Shown in pieces: positions 19,800-29,865 of a stretch of DNA of 64,000 bases. The position numbers and the translations under genes are program-made. Numbering within the stretch: the stretch's first letter is position 1; each line of letters opens with the position of its first letter. The stretch comes from Rickettsiales bacterium (GTDB lineage Bacteria; Pseudomonadota; Alphaproteobacteria; Rickettsiales; SXRF01): the NCBI GenBank assembly GCA_021299465.1, contig JAJTHB010000005.1:254971-318970 (forward strand), written 5' to 3'. The notes beneath the pieces are model-generated. The model was not told where the DNA came from, did no database searches, and was given only the letters and a program-made list of their open reading frames with translations.

Positions 19800-20210
19800 T
19801 TATTCGCCAGCAAGCTTACGGATGATATTGATCTGAGTGACATCTGCGGATAGCTTTTTAGCAAGGGCACTGCCGCTCTCCACCACCCGCCAAAATGGCG
19901 TAATCTGCGTTGCACTCGTACCAGCGGCATATTCCTCCAGCGCCGCTTCGGCAACAATTCTAAGGAATATACCGGTAGAAACCGGGCAGGTGGCATCAGC
20001 CTTGTGTTTGGCTGCCAGAGCCGTGCGCATCGCAGCAGGATCCACATAGCTACCTTTAGGAATGGTTCGAATGAAGTGGTCAATTTCCTTCGGCGAGGGA
20101 ATTAGCATGCTGCTGCCGGCTGGAATACCGGCAAAGGCTTTATCAATCGATTTAATATGCGGGTTTTTGCCGTAATCACGCTTCTGAGCCCAGGTTTTTT
20201 TCTTGCTCAT
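19800..20210 (-). CDS. MGMT/ATL-like DNA-binding protein lacking the catalytic Cys motif
   Basis: IRTIPKG, CPVSTGIF, ITPFWRVV (compare PCHRV/PWHRV); GAGGAGG RBS. Confidence 0.6.
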   Translation of the reverse strand: MSKKKTWAQKRDYGKNPHIKSIDKAFAGIPAGSSMLIPSPKEIDHFIRTIPKGSYVDPAAMRTALAAKHKADATCPVSTGIFLRIVAEAALEEYAAGTSATQITPFWRVVESGSALAKKLSADVTQINIIRKLAGE

Positions 20211-20314
20211 TATTCACCCTCCTCAAAATATTCAAACAATGCCTAGCTTAAGCACATAAGTTTTTTTAAATAAGGCTTATTCATTTCTCAAGCCTTAAGC
20301 ACAAGAGCAGTGAG

Positions 20315-20369
20315 GGAGGAGACGAGAGGATTGAGCGTCGCTTCGCGTTAAAGCGCTCGGTGTCGAACC
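20315..20369. repeat. Interrupted direct copy of the tRNA-Ser 3' end (att-like remnant)
   Basis: GGAGGAGACGAGAGGATT-[31-nt insert]-CGAACC versus tRNA GGCGGAGACGAGAGGATTCGAACC (20447-20470). Confidence 0.7.
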
Positions 20370-20411
20370 AAAAGACATATTATGGAGTAGACTTCAATGA
20401 TCCCCATCGCT

Positions 20412-20449
20412 GCCATTAAAAAAGCCCCATAAGGGGCTATTTTAATGGC
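20412..20449 (-). terminator. Terminator hairpin after tRNA-Ser, extended to pair with the tRNA GCCA end
   Basis: GCCATTAAAA-A-AGCCCC-ATAA-GGGGCT-A-TTTTAATGGC. Confidence 0.8.
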
Positions 20450-20537
20450 GGAGACGAGAGGATTCGAACCTCCGATACGGTGTTACCCGTATAACGGTTT
20501 AGCAAACCGCCGCCTTCGGCCACTCGGCCACGTCTCC
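20446..20537 (-). tRNA. tRNA-Ser(GCT)
   Basis: GGAGACGTGGCCGAGTGGCCGAAGGCGGCGGTTTGCTAAACCG...GGTTCGAATCCTCTCGTCTCCGCCA; long variable arm. Confidence 0.97.
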
Positions 20538-20597
20538 GCACGCTAAGGCGTATCAACTAATCAGGAAACGCTATCCAGTCAACCCGTAAATGGCTTG

Positions 20598-21257
20598 TCA
20601 GTGAACGATTTCACGAAAACAGGCTGCGTTTTCACAGTCGCTAATGAAGGTTGAGCAGCGGCGAATCTTGGCTGCTTCCTGCTTGTAGTGCCGCTCGTTT
20701 TTAGAATCGAGCTTTTCAAGCTCGTGATAAACCAGCTGGATCACCGATAAATAAACACAGGCCATGGATGCGCTGGAAATAGCAAGCGCAAGCGGCACAT
20801 GACTGGAAATATACTCCTTACGATGGTGATCATATAAGATGCCTTCACCTTGGGAGATACGCTCCATTGTTTTACGCCAGACGGCAAGTTTATGGCGCGC
20901 AACATCAATAAAATCGGCAGTTGTATCAATCAGTATATTTTTAGCTTCAGACGGGCGCATTTTACCCATAACTGTCGAATTTCTACGAATGCGTTCAAAG
21001 ACCTCATCAATTCTTGGATTTGACGATAATTGCGACAGGATACGATCCGCTGTCCTTAATGCTAAATCAGAATCAGATAAAACAGTTTGTGCCCGTTGCG
21101 GTAAAGACATGGATTGATATTTTTTTTGTAGATTTCCGAAGTCCTCAAGCTTCAATGCATTAAGCGATTGAATCACTACTTTTGGCTGAGGAGCATTAGA
21201 AGAATTGGCCATAAAACCCCGTGTAATATCTTGTTTAATGTAGTCCATTATGTCCAC
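20598..21257 (-). CDS. Hypothetical helical protein (orphan, AT-rich)
   Basis: 219-aa ORF; no recognised motif; start uncertain. Confidence 0.65.
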   Translation of the reverse strand: MDIMDYIKQDITRGFMANSSNAPQPKVVIQSLNALKLEDFGNLQKKYQSMSLPQRAQTVLSDSDLALRTADRILSQLSSNPRIDEVFERIRRNSTVMGKMRPSEAKNILIDTTADFIDVARHKLAVWRKTMERISQGEGILYDHHRKEYISSHVPLALAISSASMACVYLSVIQLVYHELEKLDSKNERHYKQEAAKIRRCSTFISDCENAACFREIVH

Positions 21258-21356
21258 TCATTCCTAAAGAACATTTAATAATTGATTCAATGTTATCGAT
21301 TGCGCAGATTTAGTTTGATCGCTATGGATAGCTGCCAATTATAAGGAAAATTGTTC

Positions 21357-22121
21357 ATGGAAGATCAAGCCACTGAAGTTAAAGCAAAAAATTCGTGGGA
21401 TGACACCATAAAAACTATTATTTACGCTGTAATACTTGCCCTGCTGTTTCGTAGTTTTTTGTATGAACCTTTTCATATTCCTTCGGGCTCCATGAAAAGT
21501 AACCTGCTGGTTGGCGATTATCTTTTCGTTTCCAAATACAGCTACGGCTATAGCCGTTATTCGTTCCCACTTGGCATACCGACATTTAAAGGGCGAATAC
21601 TATCCAGCAAGCCTGAGCGCGGTGATGTAGTCGTTTTTCGTTATCCGCCCAATCCCCGCGTTGATTTCATTAAGCGATTGGTTGGGCTGCCAGGCGATGC
21701 TATTCAAATGAAAAACGGCGCCGTCTATATCAACGGTAAGCAACTGGATCGTATCTATGTCGATCAATACATGGATGACGGGGATGAACGCCCTGACAGG
21801 AAGCCTCATCAAATCGCAAGGTTTGAAGAAACATTGCCAGAGGGCAAAAAAATACACATCCTGAAAGAAAAAGAGTATGCTGCAGGAGATGACACGCCAG
21901 TTTTTGTCGTGCCAGAAGGGCACTATTTCTTTCTTGGTGATAACAGGGATAATTCTCGCGACAGCCGCTTCATGGATGAGGTTGGTTTTGTTCCCGAACA
22001 AAATCTGGTTGGGCGTGCTGAAGTGATCTTTTGCTCAGTTGAAGGAGGCGGATCATGCTTTAATCCGCTGAACTGGTTTGGTAAATTACGCCTCGACAGG
22101 TTCATCAAGGTGATCGAATGA
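21357..22121 (+). CDS. lepB: Signal peptidase I
   Basis: IPSGSM, FIKRLVGLPGD, GDNRDNSRDSR. Confidence 0.97.
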   Translation: MEDQATEVKAKNSWDDTIKTIIYAVILALLFRSFLYEPFHIPSGSMKSNLLVGDYLFVSKYSYGYSRYSFPLGIPTFKGRILSSKPERGDVVVFRYPPNPRVDFIKRLVGLPGDAIQMKNGAVYINGKQLDRIYVDQYMDDGDERPDRKPHQIARFEETLPEGKKIHILKEKEYAAGDDTPVFVVPEGHYFFLGDNRDNSRDSRFMDEVGFVPEQNLVGRAEVIFCSVEGGGSCFNPLNWFGKLRLDRFIKVIE

Positions 22122-22774
22122 ATAAGCTGGAAGAAAAACTAGGCCATACCTTTCATGACATTAGCCTGCTCAGGCTGGCACTAACTCACCCTAGCCTTAA
22201 CCAGAACACGAATAATCAGCGGCTGGAATTTCTGGGTGATGCTGTGCTTGGCTTGGTGGTGGCCAAAATTCTATACAAACTATTTCCTGGCGAAACTGAA
22301 GGTGAACTTGCACGGCGTCTGGCTGCGCTCGTGCGCGGTGAGACCCTTACTGAAGTTGCTAAGGAGCTTGCACTTGGCGAATATTTAATGGTGTCTGAAA
22401 GCGAAGGGCAATCAGGCGGCCGCCAAAACCCAACGAATCTTGAAGATGCTATGGAGGCCGTGCTTGGAGCGCTCTATCTGGATGGCGGCCTTGAAGCAGC
22501 TGAAACATTTATCGCCATGCGCTGGAGTGATATGGCTCGGCGTATCAGCGCACCACCTAAGGACGCAAAAACTGCATTGCAGGAATGGGCGCAGGCGCGT
22601 GGGCTACCCGTGCCAGACTATCAGGTGATCGACACACAGGGACCAGCGCACGCTCCAGAATTCACTATTCAAGTAAGAATACAGGGCCATGAGCCCCATA
22701 CAGCGCGAGCCAATTCCAAGCGCGTTGCTGAGCAACAGGCTGCTCAGTCACTACTTGCTGTATTACCGCAATGA
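22118..22774 (+). CDS. rnc: Ribonuclease III
   Basis: NQRLEFLGDAVL plus a dsRBD. Confidence 0.97.
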   Translation: MNKLEEKLGHTFHDISLLRLALTHPSLNQNTNNQRLEFLGDAVLGLVVAKILYKLFPGETEGELARRLAALVRGETLTEVAKELALGEYLMVSESEGQSGGRQNPTNLEDAMEAVLGALYLDGGLEAAETFIAMRWSDMARRISAPPKDAKTALQEWAQARGLPVPDYQVIDTQGPAHAPEFTIQVRIQGHEPHTARANSKRVAEQQAAQSLLAVLPQ

Positions 22775-23667
22775 GCAAAGATTTACGTTGTGGCGTGGTG
22801 GCGATTATCGGTGAGCCAAATGCAGGTAAATCAACCCTGATTAACCAGCTGGTCGGCGGCAAAGTTTCCATCGTCACGCCTAAGGTGCAAACCACAAGAT
22901 TTAATGTGCGCGGCATCTGTCATGAGGGGGATGCCCAGATCATACTCGTTGATACGCCCGGGATTTTTGATGCCTCTGCAAGCTTTGAAAAAGCTATGGT
23001 GAAAGCGGCATGGTCCGGTATAGGTGATGCGGACGCGGTGCTGCTACTCATTGATAGCAAAGCCGGTCTTCGAGATTCCACCCAGAAACTATTTCAGAAA
23101 CTAACCGCTACCACCAAGCCGCTTTTTTTGGCGCTTAATAAAATCGATAAAGTATCTAAGGAGCAACTGATTCAGCTTGCTGCGGCATGTGGCGAGCCGG
23201 GCTTATTTCATGATATTTTCATGATCTCCGCTAAGAACGGTGATGGCGTGAACAAACTCAAGCGCACCATCGCCAGTGTCTTGCCTGCTGGACCATGGCA
23301 TTATCCCGATGATACCTTGAGCGATATTTCACTTCGCCTGCTCGCAGCAGAAATCACGCGCGAAAAACTCTTTCTAATGCTGAAACAGGAGCTGCCTTAC
23401 TCGCTGCTCGTTGAAACCGAATCATGGGAAGAAGATGAGCGCTTTATTAAGCTATCACAGGTGATTTATATCCAGCGTGAAACGCAGAAGAAAATTATCG
23501 TGGGAGAAAAAGGCTCGATGATTAAGCGCGTAGGCATCAGCGCACGGCGTGAGTTAGAGGCGATGACGGGCAAAAAAATACATCTGGCTTTGTATGTGAA
23601 GGTTAAATCAGACTGGAAAGAAAATCGCGAAAGTTACCGCTTACTCGGGCTGGAATATAAGAGCTAA
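22771..23667 (+). CDS. era: GTPase Era
   Basis: GEPNAGKST, QTTR, DTPG, NKID, KH domain. Confidence 0.97.
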   Translation: MSKDLRCGVVAIIGEPNAGKSTLINQLVGGKVSIVTPKVQTTRFNVRGICHEGDAQIILVDTPGIFDASASFEKAMVKAAWSGIGDADAVLLLIDSKAGLRDSTQKLFQKLTATTKPLFLALNKIDKVSKEQLIQLAAACGEPGLFHDIFMISAKNGDGVNKLKRTIASVLPAGPWHYPDDTLSDISLRLLAAEITREKLFLMLKQELPYSLLVETESWEEDERFIKLSQVIYIQRETQKKIIVGEKGSMIKRVGISARRELEAMTGKKIHLALYVKVKSDWKENRESYRLLGLEYKS

Positions 23668-24923
23668 CTTTCCTCTGCGTGGATAGGGATAACACGCCCC
23701 TCACTGCGCTCGTTGTCTTCAAGCAGTTCTTTAGGGATAGATTTGCTCGCTTTTGCGCCGAGCAACTTCATTTTCTCGGCACGGGATATAACATTTCCCC
23801 TTCCTTCACTTAATCTCATGAGGGCTTCGTCATAAGACGATTGTGTTGCGGAAATACGCTTTCCAATATTCTGCAGGCTTTCGCAGAACTCAACCAGACG
23901 ATCATACATTTTGCCTCCCTCATCCGCGATCTGAAGCGCATAACGGTTTTGCTGGTCAATACGCCATAGCGAAGCAATGGTGCGTAGGCTGGCAAACAAT
24001 GTTGAAGGACATACGAGCACTACTTTCTTATCCCATGCAAAGCTGTGTAGTTCACGGTCTTGCTGCACAGCAAGCGCATAAGCACCCTCGATGGGCATGA
24101 ACATGAAGACGAAATCCGGCGACTCTAATTTTTCATTCGTTTGGTATTTCTTAGCGGATAGTCCCACCACATGCGCGCGCAACGACTTCAGGAAATCATA
24201 AAGATGATTATCTTCTTGTTTATCGCAGTAGCGATCATAGGCTGTGAGCGACACTTTAGAGTCAATAATCACATGCTTGCCATCAGGAAGATGTACGATG
24301 ATATCGGGTTTTTGGAGGCTGCCGTCAGCAGCACGCAGCGATAAATCGATTGCCTGCGGCGTATAATCAACGCCTCGGCGAAGACCGGATTCCTCCAGAA
24401 TTTTCTCCAGCATTACTTCACCCCAGTTGCCCTGCGCCTTCACATCGCCGCGCAGCGCTTTGGTCAGGCTATCCGTTTGCAGCACAATCTTTTCAATTTC
24501 GGCCTTAAGTGTGTGTTGCTCTTTGCCTTGCTGGCTGAATGAATCATCGATTTTCTTTTGAAACTCTCCAAGACGGTCGCGAAGCGGCAGCAGCAGGTCA
24601 CCGATTTTCTTTTCGGAGCTTTGCGTAAATTTCTGATTCATTTCCTCAAAAAGCTGCGTGGCCGTACTTTTAAATTCAAGCTTCATGTTGTTTTTATTGT
24701 CTGAAAGTGCACGCAGCTCGGTCTCAGCCATGATCGCACGCTCATGATATTCGGTCATGGATTGCTGAGTCGATAAAAGCTCCTGCCTGGTTTGTTGCAA
24801 TTCGATTACCAGTCCTCGTAATCTCTCGCGGATGACGGTTAAACGAAACCATACCACCATCCATCCCAGCGCAAAAAACGCACCGGCGGTGGTTAAGATC
24901 CAAAATCCTTCCTGTGATGGCAT
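23664..24923 (-). CDS. rmuC: DNA recombination protein RmuC
   Basis: QGNWGE, PDIIVHLP, IIDSKVSL, PDFVFMF. Confidence 0.95.
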   Translation of the reverse strand: MPSQEGFWILTTAGAFFALGWMVVWFRLTVIRERLRGLVIELQQTRQELLSTQQSMTEYHERAIMAETELRALSDNKNNMKLEFKSTATQLFEEMNQKFTQSSEKKIGDLLLPLRDRLGEFQKKIDDSFSQQGKEQHTLKAEIEKIVLQTDSLTKALRGDVKAQGNWGEVMLEKILEESGLRRGVDYTPQAIDLSLRAADGSLQKPDIIVHLPDGKHVIIDSKVSLTAYDRYCDKQEDNHLYDFLKSLRAHVVGLSAKKYQTNEKLESPDFVFMFMPIEGAYALAVQQDRELHSFAWDKKVVLVCPSTLFASLRTIASLWRIDQQNRYALQIADEGGKMYDRLVEFCESLQNIGKRISATQSSYDEALMRLSEGRGNVISRAEKMKLLGAKASKSIPKELLEDNERSEGRVIPIHAEES

Positions 24924-24967
24924 GTGTGGGCTTGTCCTAATGCGGTGTAAGCGCTAATCATAGGCTG

Positions 24968-26323
24968 ATGAACACGCTTCACAAGCAGAATTTCTCGGTT
25001 GTTATACTTGCCGCAGGCAAGGGAACGCGCATGCGCTCCAAGCTGCCCAAGGTGCTACAGCCTATCGCCGGAAAGCCGATGCTAACGCAGGTTATTTCCG
25101 CAGTCCAGCCAATAGGGCCAGAGAGGCTGGTTATTGTGATTGCGCCGCAAATGGATGAAGTGAAAAGTGCCGTGTTGCAGCATGATGCGGCGTGCCGCTT
25201 TGCCATTCAGCATGAGCAGCGTGGTACTGGACACGCGGTGGCCTGCGCTCTGGCCGAACTACCTGATGATGGTATCGTGCTCGTGCTTTATGGCGATACA
25301 CCGCTCATTACCACATCAACGATTCAGGCTATGCTGGCGCAGCATGAAGAGCAAAAGGTTGTTATTTCACTGCTTGCTATGAAGCTGGATGATCCGACCG
25401 GCTATGGTCGTGTGGTGATGAAATCGCCGCCTTATGTTGATGCGATCGTTGAAGAAAAAGATGCGAGTCCGGAAGAAAAACAGATTCCGTGGGTATGGGG
25501 CGGGGTGATGGCGTTTCATGCTGGCTTTCTTAAAGAAGAACTCCCTAAGGTTCAGCCCTCTGCTGCAACAGGGGAGATTTACCTGACCTCACTTCTCCAC
25601 ATCGCAAGTAAGCAAGGTAAAAAGAGCCTGATGATTCCGGTTTTGGCCGAAGAAGTGATGGGCGTGAATGATAAAAAACAACTCTCTGAAGCGGAGGCAG
25701 TGATGCAGGATAAATTACGCAAGCGTGCCATGGATGCGGGGGTCACACTGACCGCCCCTGAGACCGTGTTTATGCAGGCCGATACGATACTGGAAGCAGA
25801 TGTTGTGGTACATCCATTTGTGGTGTTTGGCAAAAATGTTCGGGTGGAAAGCGGCGCTGAAATTCGTTCATTCAGCCATATTGAAGATGCTGTAGTAGGA
25901 AAAAATGCCACTGTCGGCCCTTATGCACGAATTCGCCCTGGCGCGGTGATTGGTGAAGGGGCGCATGTTGGCAATTTCGTAGAAATTAAAAATAGCAGGC
26001 TGGGTAAAGGCGCTAAGGCCAACCATTTAAGCTATGTCGGCGATAGTGATGTAGGCGAGGGTGCCAATATCGGCGCGGGGACCATCACATGCAATTACGA
26101 CGGCGTGAACAAACACAAGACCGTTATCGGCGCAGGTAGTTTTATCGGCTCCAACACAGCGCTGGTGGCGCCAGTGACTGTGGGAAACAATGTGATCATC
26201 GCCGCAGGCAGTGTGATCACCGAAGATATTCCTGATGATGCGCTTGCGATCTCAAGGCCACAGCAGGTGAACAAAGCCGCTAAAGCAAAAGAGATCAGGC
26301 AACGTAGGAAAAAGAACGCTTAA
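24968..26323 (+). CDS. glmU: Bifunctional UDP-GlcNAc pyrophosphorylase/acetyltransferase
   Basis: LAAGKGTRM, GNFVEIK, HLSYVGD, CNYDG, hexapeptide repeats. Confidence 0.97.
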   Translation: MNTLHKQNFSVVILAAGKGTRMRSKLPKVLQPIAGKPMLTQVISAVQPIGPERLVIVIAPQMDEVKSAVLQHDAACRFAIQHEQRGTGHAVACALAELPDDGIVLVLYGDTPLITTSTIQAMLAQHEEQKVVISLLAMKLDDPTGYGRVVMKSPPYVDAIVEEKDASPEEKQIPWVWGGVMAFHAGFLKEELPKVQPSAATGEIYLTSLLHIASKQGKKSLMIPVLAEEVMGVNDKKQLSEAEAVMQDKLRKRAMDAGVTLTAPETVFMQADTILEADVVVHPFVVFGKNVRVESGAEIRSFSHIEDAVVGKNATVGPYARIRPGAVIGEGAHVGNFVEIKNSRLGKGAKANHLSYVGDSDVGEGANIGAGTITCNYDGVNKHKTVIGAGSFIGSNTALVAPVTVGNNVIIAAGSVITEDIPDDALAISRPQQVNKAAKAKEIRQRRKKNA

Positions 26324-26810
26324 GCTGATTTTGTATAAGCCGTAGCGCTTGTTCAACCGCCTGCAGGCGTATGTCGGTTCTGTTTCCGTTAAATTGAAAA
26401 CGCTGCGCAAAAGTTTCTTGATCGGTTGATAGCGCAATAAACACTGTTCCTACCGGTTTTTGCTCGCTGCCGCCTGTGGGTCCGGCAATGCCTGTGATGG
26501 CAACAGAAAGATCAGCTTCGGCTTTTTGGCGTGCGCCACCCGCCATCGCAACCGCCACCTGTTCGCTTACTGCGCCATGCTCCCCAATGAGATCCTCATC
26601 AACACCAAGCAGACCCGTTTTTGCTTCATTTGCATAGGTTACAAAACCAACCTCAATCACCGCAGATGAACCTGATATTTCTGTGATAAGTCCTGTCAGC
26701 AATCCGCCGGTGCAGGACTCAGCCGCTACGATGCGAAGGCCGCTTTTTTTTGCTGCCTGCACAACGTCATGCGCAAGCTCGTAAAGTTCATTACTGAACA
26801 AGGTCGCCAT
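26295..26810 (-). CDS. pncC: CinA/PncC nicotinamide mononucleotide deamidase
   Basis: AESCTGG, GAVSEQVA, TGIAGPTGG, KPVGTV. Confidence 0.9.
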   Translation of the reverse strand: MATLFSNELYELAHDVVQAAKKSGLRIVAAESCTGGLLTGLITEISGSSAVIEVGFVTYANEAKTGLLGVDEDLIGEHGAVSEQVAVAMAGGARQKAEADLSVAITGIAGPTGGSEQKPVGTVFIALSTDQETFAQRFQFNGNRTDIRLQAVEQALRLIQNQLKRSFSYVA

Positions 26811-27324
26811 ACAGCCAGCCCATTGCCGTGTGAATGGTTTCAGTTTCTCCTAAGGCATTCGAGATGATGAGCGAAAGAAGAAACAGCAAAATCGGATAGA
26901 CAGCGGCGGCCATATCATCAAGCATCACACCGACAGCGCCTTCAACATTCTTATCAAGCCAGCGCACCGGCCAGGGTTTGATGATATCAAACGCACGAAA
27001 TAAAATAAAACCCACCAGATAGCCCTGCCATGTCAGGGGCAGTGCAGATAGCAATAGCCACTGCCCGGCCACTTCATCCACGACGATGTCCTTTGGATCA
27101 TGCTCGCAGCCGGTTTTTTCAAGAAAATGCTTACTTGCCAGCCAGCCGAGAAAAAAAATGATCCATGCGGCGATGAATAAACCGAAAGGGCCAAGTTGAT
27201 GATGGATTAAATAAGCAAAAGGCAGTGCAGCAGCCGAACCAACCGTGCCGCTGACGATTGGTGATTTGCCGCAGCCAAACCAGGTTGCAATCCACCACCA
27301 CCAATGTTTTGATGCCGCGATCAT
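26791..27324 (-). CDS. pgpA: Phosphatidylglycerophosphatase A
   Basis: GTVGS, VVDEVAGQ, FRAFDIIKPWP, GVMLDD. Confidence 0.93.
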   Translation of the reverse strand: MIAASKHWWWWIATWFGCGKSPIVSGTVGSAAALPFAYLIHHQLGPFGLFIAAWIIFFLGWLASKHFLEKTGCEHDPKDIVVDEVAGQWLLLSALPLTWQGYLVGFILFRAFDIIKPWPVRWLDKNVEGAVGVMLDDMAAAVYPILLFLLSLIISNALGETETIHTAMGWLYGDLVQ

Positions 27325-28499
27325 ATGATCGGTAACCTTATGGTTGCGACAGCCTGAGCCGCCACCCCTTCTGCGCGACCTGTAAAGCCAAGTTTCTCAG
27401 TGGTTGTTGCTTTAACGCTTACGCGCGATTCGTTAATTTTGAGGTTTTGGGCGATGCGCGTGATCATCGCCTCGCGATAGGGGGCGATCTTAGGGCGCTC
27501 ACAAATCAGCGTCAGGTCGAGATGCACAATCTCGCCGCCACGCGCTTTGACCAGCTCATAGGCATGCATTAGAAATCTCGAGGAATCCGCCCCTTTCCAT
27601 TGCAAATCATCAGGCGGGAAGTGTATGCCAATATCACCTGCGCCAATTGCGCCGAGAATGGCATCAACGAGCGCATGAAGCCCAACATCGGCATCTGAAT
27701 GTCCAACCAGAAAATGTGTATGCGGAATCTTCACACCGCATAGTTTGATCTGCTGCTTACCTACTGGTGTTTCTTCATCATGCACTTTCAAGGCGTGCAC
27801 ATCATAGCCAATTCCGGTGCGATATTCGAATGCGTGAGTAGGGGGTTGCATGGTTGTAAGATCCTGGGTGGTTGTTATTTTCTTATTTCTGACATCTCCA
27901 TCTACCGTTGCAACAGGAATCAATGCTTTTTCCATTAAGGCCGCATCATCCGTGAATTGCTCGTCCTTAAATCTTCTGTGCGCGCTTAGAAGCAGCTGGT
28001 AATCAAAACCCTGAGGTGTTTGAACTGCCATCAGCTCATCCCTGCTTAGCGTCATGCCCACGTGATCATTTTTTCTGGTTTTGATCGTATCAACAACTGG
28101 CACCACTGGAATCACCGCTTTTGAATGATCCAGTCTCTCAAGAACACGGCTGATGATTGCATGGGATACTAAAGGGCGCGCAACATCATGCACCAGCACG
28201 CGCTCAGGCATACGATGCTCAATGGATTCAAGCCCAAGCCTCACCGATTCCTGCCTGCTATTGCCGCCGACCACACATGGAAAGAGGGTAAGCCCCGCTG
28301 CCACCTTTTTATAAAGCGCATGATGCTCGCGCCTGATTACAACGCGAACACCATCAATTAATGGATGGCTCATGAACGTGCGCAGACTATGAAGCAATAC
28401 CGGCTCGCCATAAAACAGCTGGTAAGGCTTAGGAATAGGGCTTTCCAGGCGCTGTGAGGTGCCGCCGGCCACCAGAATGGCGATAGTTTTTTCTGCCAT
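27321..28499 (-). CDS. ispDF: Bifunctional IspD/IspF
   Basis: [40 protein letters not shown]. Confidence 0.96.
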   Translation of the reverse strand: MAEKTIAILVAGGTSQRLESPIPKPYQLFYGEPVLLHSLRTFMSHPLIDGVRVVIRREHHALYKKVAAGLTLFPCVVGGNSRQESVRLGLESIEHRMPERVLVHDVARPLVSHAIISRVLERLDHSKAVIPVVPVVDTIKTRKNDHVGMTLSRDELMAVQTPQGFDYQLLLSAHRRFKDEQFTDDAALMEKALIPVATVDGDVRNKKITTTQDLTTMQPPTHAFEYRTGIGYDVHALKVHDEETPVGKQQIKLCGVKIPHTHFLVGHSDADVGLHALVDAILGAIGAGDIGIHFPPDDLQWKGADSSRFLMHAYELVKARGGEIVHLDLTLICERPKIAPYREAMITRIAQNLKINESRVSVKATTTEKLGFTGRAEGVAAQAVATIRLPII

Positions 28500-28571
28500 A
28501 AAGGCCAGATTTCCTTGCTAAAACGGCTTATTTACGATAATGCCTTGCGGGACTCAAGTAAGGTTGAAAAC

Positions 28572-29606
28572 ATGCCTCCTGTCAAGATTGGTTCGATGGT
28601 GATTGATGATCCGGTTTGGCTCGCGCCAATGACCGGCGTCTCCGACCTGCCTTTTCGCAGGCTGGTTAAAAGTTTTGGCGCGGGCATGGTGGTATCGGAA
28701 ATGATCGCCTCGCGCGCAATGATCCTCGAGACGAAAAACACACTGCGCATGGCCGCATTCTCGCCAGATGAATTCCCTTTTGCCATACAGCTGGCTGGCT
28801 GCGATCCTGAGGTCATGGCCGATGCCGCCAAGCTGAATGAAGATCGCGGCGCGCATATCATCGACATTAATTTTGGCTGTCCGGTGAAAAAAGTAGTGGG
28901 TGGCATGGCTGGCTCTGCTCTCATGCGCGAAGTGCCGCTGGCCACTAAAATTCTGCAGGCAGTGGTGAAGGCGGTTAAAATCCCTGTAACACTAAAAATG
29001 CGCACCGGCTGGGATGATAGCAGCCGTAACGCGCCGCAGCTCGCTAAAATTGCTGAGGATGCCGGTATTAAGCTACTCACCGTTCATGGCCGCACGCGCT
29101 GCCAGATGTATAAAGGCCATGCCGATTGGAGTTTTGTGCGCAAGGTAAAAGAAGCCGTTTCGCTGCCGGTGATTGTAAACGGCGATATTTGCAATTTTGA
29201 CGATGTAGACCGCGCGCTTGCCGAATCCGGCGCAGATGGCGTAATGATTGGACGCGGCGCTTATGGCAGGCCATGGTTTCCAGCGCAGGTTGCGCATTAC
29301 TTAAAGACAGGTGAGCAGATTGCCCCGCCGCCACTCATAACGCAGCGCGGTATCGTCCTTAAACATTATGATGATATGCTGGATCATTACGGTGTGCAGA
29401 ATGGCATGATGGTCGCCAGAAAGCATATTGGCTGGTATTCCTCTGGCTTGTTTGATTCCTCTACCTACCGCCAACATGTAAATACGCTGATGGATGCAGA
29501 TCAGGTAAGGCAGGCGATTCGAACTTTTTATGATAGTGTTTTGGATAAACCCATCATCGTCGAAGCACCGCTGAGCGACGAAAGCGATGGCGCTCTTGCA
29601 GCCTAA
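28572..29606 (+). CDS. dusB: tRNA-dihydrouridine synthase DusB (NifR3)
   Basis: [31 protein letters not shown]. Confidence 0.96.
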   Translation: MPPVKIGSMVIDDPVWLAPMTGVSDLPFRRLVKSFGAGMVVSEMIASRAMILETKNTLRMAAFSPDEFPFAIQLAGCDPEVMADAAKLNEDRGAHIIDINFGCPVKKVVGGMAGSALMREVPLATKILQAVVKAVKIPVTLKMRTGWDDSSRNAPQLAKIAEDAGIKLLTVHGRTRCQMYKGHADWSFVRKVKEAVSLPVIVNGDICNFDDVDRALAESGADGVMIGRGAYGRPWFPAQVAHYLKTGEQIAPPPLITQRGIVLKHYDDMLDHYGVQNGMMVARKHIGWYSSGLFDSSTYRQHVNTLMDADQVRQAIRTFYDSVLDKPIIVEAPLSDESDGALAA

Positions 29607-29610
29607 CCCC

Positions 29611-29865
29611 ATGCCTGCCAGTGGATTGCAACATATTATCGAGGAACACCTAAAGAATTATTTTGCTGCTCACAGCAATGGCCAATTACCTGCACCAGGA
29701 CTTTACAATCGAATGCTACCGTTGTTGGAAAAACCACTGATAGAAGCAACCCTTAAGGCCTGTAACGGCAACCAGCTCAAAGCGTCAAAAATACTCGGCA
29801 TTAATCGCAACACACTACGTAAGAAAATTACTGAGCTTGCGATCCCTAAGGGTAGCGAGCCATGA
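29611..29865 (+). CDS. Stand-alone Fis-type HTH protein (NtrC C-terminal domain)
   Basis: [39 protein letters not shown]; alternative start 29587. Confidence 0.88.
   Translation: MPASGLQHIIEEHLKNYFAAHSNGQLPAPGLYNRMLPLLEKPLIEATLKACNGNQLKASKILGINRNTLRKKITELAIPKGSEP

Noticed and set aside
19800-21257. Intact genomic island or prophage at tRNA-Ser
   Set aside because: There are no integrase, phage or transfer genes; only a short att-like remnant is visible.
21264-21278. CtrA-like boxes (CTAA-N7-TTAA here; TTAA-N7-TTAT at 20266 and 35958)
   Set aside because: Each has a mismatch and lies in AT-rich DNA where such matches arise by chance; not supportable without a genome-wide test.
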